From Betaproteobacteria bacterium (GTDB lineage Bacteria > Pseudomonadota > Gammaproteobacteria > Burkholderiales > SG8-39): a stretch of DNA of 64,000 nucleotides. The notes beneath the pieces were generated by a model. It was not told the origin of the DNA. It did not search any database and saw only the letters and a list, made by a program, of their open reading frames with translations. The stretch covers positions 15 to 64,014 of the forward strand of contig CANJXQ010000007.1 in assembly GCA_947478805.1 (NCBI GenBank). The letters run 5' to 3'. The position numbers were made by a program, and so were the translations under genes. This document shows, piece by piece, positions 54,738-63,252 of the stretch (its first letter is position 1; the number at the start of each line of letters is the position of its first letter).

Positions 54738-54817
54738 CCCGTCAGTGTGCAGCTAAGCCCGCCGCAGCATGCACTTTCCCGTCAGTGTGCAGCTGGGCCC
54801 GTCGCAGCATGCACTTT
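54738..54817. repeat. Tandem 40-bp direct repeat (2 copies, 3 mismatches) immediately upstream of the P450 start
   Basis: CCCGTCAGTGTGCAGCTAAGCCCGCCGCAGCATGCACTTT / CCCGTCAGTGTGCAGCTGGGCCCGTCGCAGCATGCACTTT. Each copy carries GTGCA...TGCAC. Confidence 0.85.
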
Positions 54818-54883
54818 ACCTTGTGTCACGTGCACGATGGCGCGACCCAGGTTGTGGTAAATCCTGCTGCGGCGCGCAAGCGG

Positions 54884-55354
54884 CTACCATTCGTAGAGGA
54901 AGATCTGCATCGGCCGCCACATGGCCACCCAGCCGCCGATGGTCAGTCCCTCCTTGAGCACCCGCAGGTAAGGGCTGAAGGCGTAGCTTGCCAGGGAGTC
55001 GGCGCCGAGCATGCAGAATGCGAGAAAGCCCAGTCCGATCAGGAGGCTGGTGCGGCCTTCGAGCAGCAGAACGCGCAAGTTGCGCTTCATCAGCAGCGAT
55101 TTGTAGTCGAAGTAGTTGTGGATGGCTTCGGCGACAACCGGCGTGGGGTCATCCGGGGGCATGTTCTGGATGTGGACGACGATGCGAAAGTGACTGTCCT
55201 GCGGGAACTCCAGCGCCCAGCTTTCCAGGAATTCCTCCGCATCGGGGTCGAGGTCGCGATGATGGAAGGGTGTCGGGTCCATCGAGTTGAACAGCTGCGA
55301 GAGTTCGCTAACGCGCAACTCGATCTGGTGCACCGGCCCGTGGTTCTTCGGCAT
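54884..55354 (-). CDS. Hypothetical membrane protein (soluble N-half, two C-terminal TM helices)
   Basis: 156 aa. SELSQLFNSMDPTPFHHRDLDPDAEEFL, then LLIGLGFLAFCMLG and TIGGWVAMWRPMQIFLYEW. 39-nt gap from the MgtC/DUF4010 gene. Confidence 0.6.
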   Translation of the reverse strand: MPKNHGPVHQIELRVSELSQLFNSMDPTPFHHRDLDPDAEEFLESWALEFPQDSHFRIVVHIQNMPPDDPTPVVAEAIHNYFDYKSLLMKRNLRVLLLEGRTSLLIGLGFLAFCMLGADSLASYAFSPYLRVLKEGLTIGGWVAMWRPMQIFLYEW

Positions 55355-55393
55355 TTCAGCCTGCCCGGCCAGGGCGCGCCCTCGCGGCCCCGA

Positions 55394-56644
55394 TCACAGC
55401 AGCAAGGCCCCGGCGATCCCGGTGGCGAACAGCAGCGCGGAAATCGGCAGGGTGATGCGGCGCAGTTCCGCCGATCCCAGCCCGATCGCCATGCCGCTTT
55501 TGGTCATGGTGTTGGCCATGACGGCGATGATAATGGCGCGCGCCGCAGTCTGCAGGTTGGATGCGTCGGTATGCGCCAGGTTGGCCATGGCCAGGGTGAT
55601 GGCGTCCACGTCGGTCAGGCCGGCAAGCGCTGCGGCAAGATAGAGGCCCGCGTCCCCGAGGTATACCTGGGCCGCCTTGGCGATGAAGACGACGACACCG
55701 AACAGCAGGCCGAACTTGATGGCCTCGCTGAGCTCGAACGGGTTGCTGCCCGCCTTGACCTCGCCGCGCTCGCGCTGCTGGTGGCGTCGCCACAACCAGT
55801 AGCTCGAGGCGAGACTGGCGATGGACAGCATCCCGATTGCCACGAGGAGCCGACGACCGAGGTCCCAACTGATCAGCGAACTCATGATACCGACGCGCAG
55901 GAACATCACCGTCCATGCCAGCACGATGCCCAGCGCGAGGGACGATGCGTCCTCGCCTGCCTGGCGGCTGCGCTGGGAAAAGCCGAGCGTCACCGCGGTG
56001 CTCGACACCAGCCCGCCCAGCAGTCCGGCCAGGCCGATGCCATGTTCGGCACCGAGGATCTTGACCAGCAGGTAGCTGAGGAAGTTCAGCGCCGAAATCA
56101 GAACCACCATCAGCCAGATCTTGTACGGATTGATCACGTCGAGCGGTGCCGGGCCGTAGTTGATGTCCGGCACCAGCGGCAGGACGATCAGCGTGACGAT
56201 GGCGAACTGCAGCGTTGCCTGGACGTCGGAGCCGTCGATGCGGCTGGCCAGCTGGTGCAGCCAGTCGCGCAGGGCGAGCAGCAGCGCCATGGCGACCGCG
56301 ATCCACCCCGCCAGCTGCATCTGTCCGAGGGCGCAGAGAAGTCCCAGCGAGAATGCAAGCAGCGCCGAGACCTCGGTGGTGATGCCGGTCCCGCCCTGCA
56401 GCGAAGTCACCACATACATGCCGACGATGAGCGCGGCGATGGCGCCGAACATGAGCAGGCCCAGCCACGGCAGCGCCAGCTGGTCGCCGAGATATCCGGC
56501 GACCGCGCCGCTCAGCGCGATGAGCGCGAAGGTGCGCACGCCCGCGGCACCTTCCTCGCCCTTGGTGCGCTCGCGCTCCATGCCGAGCAGCATGCCCAGG
56601 CCGAGTGCGACGGCGAAACGCAGTGCGAGATCGGGATCTTCCAT
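55394..56644 (-). CDS. MgtC/SapB-family + DUF4010 polytopic membrane protein
   Basis: LRFAVALGLGMLLGMERERTKGEEGAAGVRTFALIAL is the MgtC-type N-terminus. ~10 further TM helices match DUF4010 fusions. The GTG at 56647 is an alternative start. Confidence 0.75.
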   Translation of the reverse strand: MEDPDLALRFAVALGLGMLLGMERERTKGEEGAAGVRTFALIALSGAVAGYLGDQLALPWLGLLMFGAIAALIVGMYVVTSLQGGTGITTEVSALLAFSLGLLCALGQMQLAGWIAVAMALLLALRDWLHQLASRIDGSDVQATLQFAIVTLIVLPLVPDINYGPAPLDVINPYKIWLMVVLISALNFLSYLLVKILGAEHGIGLAGLLGGLVSSTAVTLGFSQRSRQAGEDASSLALGIVLAWTVMFLRVGIMSSLISWDLGRRLLVAIGMLSIASLASSYWLWRRHQQRERGEVKAGSNPFELSEAIKFGLLFGVVVFIAKAAQVYLGDAGLYLAAALAGLTDVDAITLAMANLAHTDASNLQTAARAIIIAVMANTMTKSGMAIGLGSAELRRITLPISALLFATGIAGALLL

Positions 56645-56743
56645 CACGACAGTATGCAGTGCCCCATGTGCGCCCTCAAGCGGCGCGGGGCCCGTGCTTG
56701 ATCAGGATCAATTGCGTGCGCCCCCCATTCACTCTGACAATCA

Positions 56744-58360
56744 TTAGTCCACGAGTTCGAGCGCCAGCTGGCGCGCCGTGCTGCGCCCCATCGGAATGAT
56801 GTCCAGTCCGTGCTTCTTGTGGTCGAGCACGCGCGACAGGATCTTGTAGGTGTCGAGGTCGAACACCGGTTCCAGCCGCGAGTCCAGGCGCGCGTGCAGT
56901 TCGTCTTCGCTGCGCACGGTGCCCAGGTAGCACCAGTGGTCGAAGAGATGGATGTCCGCGCGCGGCTCGCAGGCAGTGGGGGCGCGCTGCATTTCGCGAA
57001 AACCGGTGAGGCCCTTGTAGGGCCAGGCGCGCATCCTTAGCTTGGTCAGGGCGCCCAGGAGGCGCAGGTTGTGCGCTGCGACGGATTCCCCGCCGCAGCA
57101 GGCGCCGCGGCACTTCTTCAACTGGTGGGCAAAGCATGGGCGCGGTTTTCCGCCGGCCGTCGCTGTTCGCGCGGTGCCTTTTTCAAGGCCGAGCAGCAGG
57201 GGGCACAGGCCATGCTCGGCGGCGATGGCTTCGAGTGCTTCGAGCGCGCGGCGCTTGGAGCGAAAGGTGCCGAAGGTTTCGGCGAGGCGGTGCGGGTCGA
57301 GGTCGGATGCGCGCACCAGCTCCGGCGGCTTGCAGGTGACCGCCCCTGGTGTCCAGCGGAAAGCGCACAGGTCGCCCGCGCGGCGCAGCATGCGATTGTG
57401 AACGGGCAGCAGTTCCTTCACCAGGCGCGCTTCGGTGAGCAGCGCGCCCAGTTCCCCCGCGGTCTCGATCCACTCGATGCGTGCAAGTTGCATGGAGATG
57501 CGCATCTCCTTGCCCGAGGCGTGATCGCCCGCGAAGTGCGACATCACGCGTGACCTGAGTCCCACGCTCTTGCCCACGTAAAGCGGCGTGTTCTCCTCGT
57601 CGTAGAAGATGTACACGCCGGGCCCTTCGGGAATGTCATCGAGCACGGCCGGGTCGAGACGCGGCGGCACGCTGGGCGTCTTCAGTTGGGCGCCGATGGA
57701 TGCGCCGAGCAGCGCCGGGTCGCAGTCGCGTCGGATGACCTGCGCGAATTGCCACAGCACCTGCGCGTCCCCAAGGGCGCGGTGGCGCGCGGTGCAGGTG
57801 AGGCCGTGGCGCTCGATCAGGCTGTCGAGGTTGTGCTTGCGGTGCTCGGGATAGAGCGAGCGCGAGAGCTTGGCCGTGCACAGCATCTTCGGGCGGAACG
57901 GGAAGGCGAGACGCCCGAATTCGTTCTTCAGGAATCCGTAGTCGAAGCGCACGTTATGGGCGATGAAGATGCGGCCCTCGAGGCGCTTGTGCACCTCGGC
58001 GGCCACCGACTCGAAGGGCGGCGCCGACTCGACCATGGCGTTGCTGATGCCGGTGAGCGCCTCGATGAAGGGCGGGATGCGCTGGCCCGGATTGACGAGC
58101 GAACTCCATTCCTCGACCGTGCCGTCGGGGTCGACGGTGACGATGCCCACTTCGGTGATGCGGTCGTGGTGCGCGGTGGCGCCCGAGGTTTCCAGGTCGA
58201 CGAACGCCAGGGGCTGATCGAAAAAGGATGGAAAGGCGGAAGCTGCCTTGGGTGAGGCGGTAACAGTTGCGGATTTTTTCACCGGCCAAGAGTGCCACAT
58301 TCGTCTGCCGGCCACCAGAATTCGGCAAGGCAATCTTTCGATGGACGGTTCGGACCGCAT
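56744..58360 (-). CDS. DnaQ-like 3'-5' exonuclease fused to a GIY-YIG (UvrC/Cho-like) nuclease domain
   Basis: Exo motifs FVDLETSG, AHNVRFDYGFL, HRALGDAQVL. GIY-YIG motif PGVYIFYDEENTPLYVGKSVGLRSRV. Cys-rich UvrC-like segment CFAHQLKKCRGACCG. Start uncertain (58360 or 58300). Confidence 0.8.
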   Translation of the reverse strand: MRSEPSIERLPCRILVAGRRMWHSWPVKKSATVTASPKAASAFPSFFDQPLAFVDLETSGATAHHDRITEVGIVTVDPDGTVEEWSSLVNPGQRIPPFIEALTGISNAMVESAPPFESVAAEVHKRLEGRIFIAHNVRFDYGFLKNEFGRLAFPFRPKMLCTAKLSRSLYPEHRKHNLDSLIERHGLTCTARHRALGDAQVLWQFAQVIRRDCDPALLGASIGAQLKTPSVPPRLDPAVLDDIPEGPGVYIFYDEENTPLYVGKSVGLRSRVMSHFAGDHASGKEMRISMQLARIEWIETAGELGALLTEARLVKELLPVHNRMLRRAGDLCAFRWTPGAVTCKPPELVRASDLDPHRLAETFGTFRSKRRALEALEAIAAEHGLCPLLLGLEKGTARTATAGGKPRPCFAHQLKKCRGACCGGESVAAHNLRLLGALTKLRMRAWPYKGLTGFREMQRAPTACEPRADIHLFDHWCYLGTVRSEDELHARLDSRLEPVFDLDTYKILSRVLDHKKHGLDIIPMGRSTARQLALELVD

Positions 58361-58413
58361 TTATACTGTCGCGATTCGTATAAAACCAATAACTTCGCAA
58401 GGGGAGTGACAGC

Positions 58414-59454
58414 ATGAAGCTTTGCCTGAACACGGGTTACAGCGGCCCGAAGATGGAAGTGCCGATCAAGCGCATCCTGCGCGCCGAGGAACTGGGGTTC
58501 GACACCGTCTGGACCTCGGAGGCCTACGGCTCGGATGCCATCACGCCGCTGGCCTACATCGGCGCGTTGACCAAGCGGATCCGCGTCGGCACCAACATCG
58601 CGCAGCTGGCGGCACGCACGCCGGCCAACCTGGCCATGAGCGCGCAGACCATCGACGCCATGATCGGGCGCGGCCGCATGATCGTGGGCCTTGGTGTCTC
58701 GGGGCCGCAGATCGTCGAGGGATGGTACGGCCAGCCCTGGGGCAAGCCCGCGGCGCGCATCCGCGACTATGTGGCGATCATGAGGAAACTGTGGAAGCGC
58801 GAAGTGCCGCTCACACATCAGGGCACGGAGATTTCGCTGCCCTATACGGGACCGGGCGCCACCGGACTCGGCAAGCCGCTCAAGAGCATACTGCACGGCA
58901 ACCCGGACATTCCCATCATGCTGGGCACGGCGACGCCGGGCAACATCCGCATGACCGGGGAGATTGCCGATGGCTGGCTCTCCATGCATCTGGTGCCTTC
59001 GACCATGCGCACGTACCTGCAGTGGCTCGGCGAGGGCATGGCCAAGCGCACCGACGGAAAAACGCTCAAGGACTTCGCCATTCATGGCTGGTTGAGCGTG
59101 GTGATCACCAACGACGTGAAGGCCGCCCTCGCCGCCGGAAAGCCGCGCGTGGCGCTCTACGTGGGCGGCATGGGCGCCAAGGACAAGAACTACCACAAGG
59201 ACAGCATGATTCGTCGCGGTTATCCCGAGGCCGCCGAGCGCATCCAGGAGTTGTATCTCGCCGGCAAGAAGGATGAGGCCGCCGCTGCGGTGCCCGATGA
59301 GTACGTGGACGAGCAGGCGCTGATCGGCCCATCGGACCGCATCATGGAGCGTTGGCCGAAATGGCGCGACTGCGGGATGACCATGCTCAGCCTGAACGAA
59401 CCCACCGATGAGGCGATGGAGCTGATGAGCAACCTGGTGCGCATCAGCGGATAG
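58414..59454 (+). CDS. Luciferase-like monooxygenase (LLM) class flavin/F420-dependent oxidoreductase
   Basis: AEELGFDTVWTSEAYGSDAITPLAYIGALTKRIRVGTNIAQL and GLGVSGPQIVEGWYG are typical of the LLM class. SD AGGGGAG. Confidence 0.8.
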   Translation: MKLCLNTGYSGPKMEVPIKRILRAEELGFDTVWTSEAYGSDAITPLAYIGALTKRIRVGTNIAQLAARTPANLAMSAQTIDAMIGRGRMIVGLGVSGPQIVEGWYGQPWGKPAARIRDYVAIMRKLWKREVPLTHQGTEISLPYTGPGATGLGKPLKSILHGNPDIPIMLGTATPGNIRMTGEIADGWLSMHLVPSTMRTYLQWLGEGMAKRTDGKTLKDFAIHGWLSVVITNDVKAALAAGKPRVALYVGGMGAKDKNYHKDSMIRRGYPEAAERIQELYLAGKKDEAAAAVPDEYVDEQALIGPSDRIMERWPKWRDCGMTMLSLNEPTDEAMELMSNLVRISG

Positions 59455-59619
59455 TGGGACCGCGCACCTAATCGAAAATGCGGCTACGCAGGCTCGGCCG
59501 CGCTGCGGAGGCGGGAGATGCGGGAGATGTGGGCAGAATGGCGTCTGAAAATGGCATTATAAGTAGTTGAAACATATGAAATAAGTACGTGATGGCGGGG
59601 TGTGGCGGCATGCTAAAAT

Positions 59620-59664
59620 GGGGCCTTCGATTTCCCCAGAAAACTCTTTTCCGTCGAAGGCCCC
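59620..59664 (+). promoter_or_regulatory. 5'-leader hairpin (perfect 11-bp stem) sequestering the glyA Shine-Dalgarno
   Basis: GGGGCCTTCGA-(23 nt)-TCGAAGGCCCC, ending 1 nt before ATG 59666. GAAGG lies in the 3' arm. TAAAAT (-10-like) sits at 59614-59619. Confidence 0.5.
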
Positions 59665-59665
59665 G

Positions 59666-60940
59666 ATGACCCTACTCAACCAGAGCGACCTCGCGCACAC
59701 CGATCCCGAGCTTTTCAGCGCCATCCAGAAGGAAAACCAGCGCCAGGAAGACCATATCGAGCTGATCGCCTCCGAAAACTACGTCAGTCGTGCCGTGCTC
59801 GAAGCCCAAGGTTCGCAGTTGACCAACAAATACGCGGAAGGTTACCCGGGCAAGCGCTATTACGGCGGTTGCGAGTTCGTCGACCTGGCCGAAGTGCTGG
59901 CCATCGAACGTGCCAAGAAGCTCTTCGGTGCGGAAGCGGCCAACGTGCAGCCCAACTCCGGCTCGCAGGCCAACCAGGCGGTGTTCTTCGCACTGCTCAA
60001 GCCGGGCGACACCTACCTCGGCATGTCGCTGGCCGAAGGCGGCCACCTGACGCACGGCTCACCGGTCAACATGAGCGGCAAGTGGTTCACGCCCGTCAGC
60101 TACGGCCTGAACGCCAAGGAAGAAATTGATTACGAGCAGGTCGAGCGCCTGGCCCAAGAAAAGAAACCGCGCCTGATCCTGGCCGGCGCCTCCGCCTACT
60201 CGCTGCGCATCGATTTCGAGCGCATGGCAAAGATCGCCAAATCCGTCGGTGCCTACTTCATGGTGGACATGGCGCATTACGCGGGACTGGTGGCCGCGGG
60301 CCTGTATCCCAATCCGGTGGGCGTGGCCGACGTGGTGACCACCACCACGCACAAGACCCTCCGCGGCCCCAGGGGCGGCATGATCCTGATGAAGGCAGAG
60401 CACGAGAAAGCCATCAACTCGGCCATCTTCCCCGGCATCCAGGGCGGACCGCTGATGCACGTGATTGCCGCCAAGGCGGTGGCGCTGCAGGAAGCACTGC
60501 AGCCATCCTTCAAGGCCTACCAGCAGCAGGTGCTCGACAACGCACGCGTCATGGCCGAAACACTGACCAAGCGCGGCCTGCGGATCGTCTCGGGCCGCAC
60601 CGAGAGCCACGTGTTCCTGCTCGACCTGCGCGCCAAGAAAATCAACGGCAAGGTGGCCGAGGCCGCACTGGGCAGCGCGCACCTTACCGTCAACAAGAAC
60701 GCCATCCCGAACGACCCGGAGAAGCCTTTCGTCACCAGCGGCATACGCATCGGCTCCCCGGCCATGACCACGCGCGGCTTTGGCACCGTCGAGGCGGAGA
60801 AGATCGCCAACCTGATCGCCGATGTGCTCGATGCGCCGGCCGACGAGGCGGTGCTCTCGCGGGTGCGGCGCGACGTCGAGGCGCTGTGCCGTCGTTTCCC
60901 GGTATACGCAACCCCGGCGCGCGCGGCAGCAGCTGCTTGA
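59666..60940 (+). CDS. glyA: Serine hydroxymethyltransferase
   Basis: [29 protein letters not shown]-lysine context [14 protein letters not shown]. Confidence 0.95.
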   Translation: MTLLNQSDLAHTDPELFSAIQKENQRQEDHIELIASENYVSRAVLEAQGSQLTNKYAEGYPGKRYYGGCEFVDLAEVLAIERAKKLFGAEAANVQPNSGSQANQAVFFALLKPGDTYLGMSLAEGGHLTHGSPVNMSGKWFTPVSYGLNAKEEIDYEQVERLAQEKKPRLILAGASAYSLRIDFERMAKIAKSVGAYFMVDMAHYAGLVAAGLYPNPVGVADVVTTTTHKTLRGPRGGMILMKAEHEKAINSAIFPGIQGGPLMHVIAAKAVALQEALQPSFKAYQQQVLDNARVMAETLTKRGLRIVSGRTESHVFLLDLRAKKINGKVAEAALGSAHLTVNKNAIPNDPEKPFVTSGIRIGSPAMTTRGFGTVEAEKIANLIADVLDAPADEAVLSRVRRDVEALCRRFPVYATPARAAAAA

Positions 60941-60993
60941 TCGGTATCAGGACTATTCCAGGCTCATAACAAATCCAATAAAAGGCCTCCCCA

Positions 60994-61473
60994 ATGCGCT
61001 GTCCCTTCTGCAAGGCCGAAGATACTGCCGTCATCGATTCCCGGATGTCCGATGACGGTGACAGCGTGCGCCGGCGGCGCGAGTGCAAGAGCTGCGACAA
61101 GCGCTTCACCACTTACGAGCGCGTGGAAATGTCCATGCCGCTGGTGGTGAAGGCCAACGGCTACCGCACCAGCTACGATCGCAACAAGATCCGCACCGGC
61201 TTCATGCGCGCGCTGCACAAGCGCCCGGTGCCGGCCGAGCAGGTCGAGGAGGCGATCAACCGCATCGAGCAGCGCGTGCTGGCGCTGGGCGAGCGCGAAA
61301 TCAAGAGCCGCGTGGTGGGCGAACTGGTGATGCGCGAACTGAAAAAACTGGATGACGTGGCCTACATCCGCTTTGCCTCGGTGTACGGCGATTTCCAGCG
61401 CATCGACGATTTTCGCGACGCCATCCTGCAGGTCAAGCGTCCCGCGACGCGGGCGAAGAAGTCCGCCCGCTAG
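60994..61473 (+). CDS. nrdR: Transcriptional repressor NrdR (zinc ribbon + ATP-cone)
   Basis: [17 protein letters not shown]...[17 protein letters not shown], then the ATP-cone. Confidence 0.95.
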   Translation: MRCPFCKAEDTAVIDSRMSDDGDSVRRRRECKSCDKRFTTYERVEMSMPLVVKANGYRTSYDRNKIRTGFMRALHKRPVPAEQVEEAINRIEQRVLALGEREIKSRVVGELVMRELKKLDDVAYIRFASVYGDFQRIDDFRDAILQVKRPATRAKKSAR

Positions 61474-61497
61474 TTGCGGGCGCCAATCCCGACCCCC

Positions 61498-62583
61498 ATG
61501 TTTTCCGATCGCGACCGTGAGTGCATGGCCCGGGCGCTGGCACTGGCCGAGCGCGGGCTGTTCACGACCACGCCCAACCCGCGCGTGGGGGCAGTGGTTG
61601 TCAACGACGGCCATGTCGTCGGCGAAGGCTTTCATGAGCGTTCCGGCGAGCCGCATGCCGAAGTGCATGCCCTGCGCGCGGCGCGCGGGCGGGCGCAGGG
61701 GGCCACGCTTTATGTCAACCTGGAGCCCTGCAGCCACCACGGACGAACACCGCCCTGCGCGGATGCCGTCATCGAGGCCGGTATCACGCGTGTGGTGGTC
61801 GCCATGCAGGATCCCAATCCCCGGGTGTCGGGCGACGGGTTCGCCAGGCTGCGCGAAGCAGGAATTACGGTCGATGTCGGTCTCATGGAGGATGAAGCGC
61901 GTGAACTGAACATCGGTTTCGTGTCGCGCATGGTGCGCGGCCGGCCATGGGTGCGCATGAAGGTCGCGGCGACGCTCGATGGGCGCACGGCGCTCGCCAA
62001 CCGGCAGAGCCAGTGGATCACGGGTGAAGCGGCGCGCGCGGATGGCCACGCCTGGCGCGCGCGCGCCTGCGCCGTGCTGACGGGATTTGGCACGGTTCGC
62101 GACGACAACCCGCGCATGGACGTGCGCCATGTGCCAACCACGCGCCAGCCTCTCAAGGTGCTTGTGGATAGCGGCCTGGAGACGCCGGCGGCGTCCCGCC
62201 TGTTCGATTCGGGGCCGGTGCTGGTCTACGGTGCGCGGGAGAACGCCACCGGCGCGGCAGCCCTGGAGGCGCGCGGTGGGAGGATCGTCCGGTTGCCGAA
62301 TGCACGCGGCAAGGTCGACCTGTCGCGCATGCTCGAAGACCTTGCCGTGCGCGGCGTGAACGAACTGCATGTCGAGGCGGGGACGAGACTGAACGGCTCG
62401 CTGCTCAATGAGGGCTGCGTGGACGAGTTGCTGGTGTACCTTGCCCCGAAGCTCATTGGAAACTCCGGGCTGGGCATGTTCGATCTGCCCGAGCTCACCG
62501 CGCTTTCCGGCGCGCGCGAGCTCGTGTTTCGCCAGGTGCAGCCTATCGGCGACGATCTGCGCATCCTGGCGCGCTTCAAATAG
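61498..62583 (+). CDS. ribD: Bifunctional diaminohydroxyphosphoribosylaminopyrimidine deaminase / 5-amino-6-(5-phosphoribosylamino)uracil reductase
   Basis: Deaminase zinc motifs HAEVHAL and PCSHHGRTPPC. The reductase half has VRMKVAATLDGR. Start taken at ATG 61498. Confidence 0.92.
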   Translation: MFSDRDRECMARALALAERGLFTTTPNPRVGAVVVNDGHVVGEGFHERSGEPHAEVHALRAARGRAQGATLYVNLEPCSHHGRTPPCADAVIEAGITRVVVAMQDPNPRVSGDGFARLREAGITVDVGLMEDEARELNIGFVSRMVRGRPWVRMKVAATLDGRTALANRQSQWITGEAARADGHAWRARACAVLTGFGTVRDDNPRMDVRHVPTTRQPLKVLVDSGLETPAASRLFDSGPVLVYGARENATGAAALEARGGRIVRLPNARGKVDLSRMLEDLAVRGVNELHVEAGTRLNGSLLNEGCVDELLVYLAPKLIGNSGLGMFDLPELTALSGARELVFRQVQPIGDDLRILARFK

Positions 62584-62591
62584 GGGGACGA

Positions 62592-63182
62592 ATGTTTACC
62601 GGGATCGTGCAGGCATTGGGAAAGATCAGCCGCGTGGACAAGCGCGAGGGCGGTGCCCGGCTCGCCATTCATGCCGTGAGGCTGGGCATGGACGACGTGG
62701 GGATTGGCGACTCCATCGCGGTCAACGGCGTGTGCCTTACCGTGGTGACCAAGACGACGTCGGGGTTCGAGGTTGACGTGTCGGCGGAGACCCTGCGCTG
62801 CACGTCGGGGCTGGATGCGGCAGGAGAGGTGAACCTGGAGAAATCGCTGCGGCTCTCGGATCGCCTTGGCGGCCACATCGTTTCCGGCCACGTGGACGGC
62901 ATGGGCGAGGTGGTCGAATTCAGGCCGGTGGGCGAGAGCCACCTGCTGCGCATTCGCGCGCCGAAGGAACTGGAGCGCTACATCGCGCGCAAGGGCTCGG
63001 TGACCGTGCAGGGCGTGAGCCTCACGGTGAACGACGTCAACGGCCCCGAGTTCGACATCAATCTCATCCCGCACACCATTGCGGTGACCACCCTCAAGCA
63101 CCTCAAGCCCGGCTCGAAGGTGAACCTCGAGGTGGACATGCTGGCCAGGTACGTGGAGCGGATTCTCGGCGCGACGCAGTAG
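62592..63182 (+). CDS. Riboflavin synthase (alpha chain)
   Basis: MFTGIVQALGKI N-terminus and an internal duplication (GDSIAVNGVCLTV / GSVTVQGVSLTV). Confidence 0.92.
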   Translation: MFTGIVQALGKISRVDKREGGARLAIHAVRLGMDDVGIGDSIAVNGVCLTVVTKTTSGFEVDVSAETLRCTSGLDAAGEVNLEKSLRLSDRLGGHIVSGHVDGMGEVVEFRPVGESHLLRIRAPKELERYIARKGSVTVQGVSLTVNDVNGPEFDINLIPHTIAVTTLKHLKPGSKVNLEVDMLARYVERILGATQ

Positions 63183-63252
63183 CCATCGGCAGAAACCCGC
63201 AGCGATTGAGAGGGCTCAAAGCAACCAAGCGGCCGCCGCGCGATGATCGCAA

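Noticed and set aside
54738-54817. CRISPR array?
   Set aside because: There are only two directly abutting 40-bp units with no spacers and no cas genes in the window. It is reported instead as a tandem repeat.
53561-56701. 1046-aa ORF on the plus strand, the longest ORF in the window
   Set aside because: It runs antisense to three well-supported minus-strand genes (P450, small membrane protein, MgtC/DUF4010). Its translation is Arg/Gly/Ala/His-rich with no recognisable motif, which is the typical high-GC antisense open frame.
58373-58393. Possible LexA/SOS box upstream of the DnaQ-GIY-YIG nuclease (TATACTGTCGCGATTCGTATA)
   Set aside because: Only the left half (TACTGT) matches the CTGT-N8-ACAG consensus; the right half reads GTAT rather than ACAG. 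It remains a 5-bp-arm inverted repeat of unknown meaning.
59511-59530. Short direct repeat GCGGGAGAT GCGGGAGAT downstream of the LLM gene
   Set aside because: This is a 9-bp duplication in a non-coding stretch with no associated structure or gene. It is most simply explained as slippage.
60941-61500. FMN (RFN) riboswitch expected near rib genes
   Set aside because: ribD follows nrdR by 24 nt, and the 53-nt glyA-nrdR spacer is too short and lacks the conserved RFN helices. Any FMN riboswitch probably precedes ribB/ribBA elsewhere in the genome.
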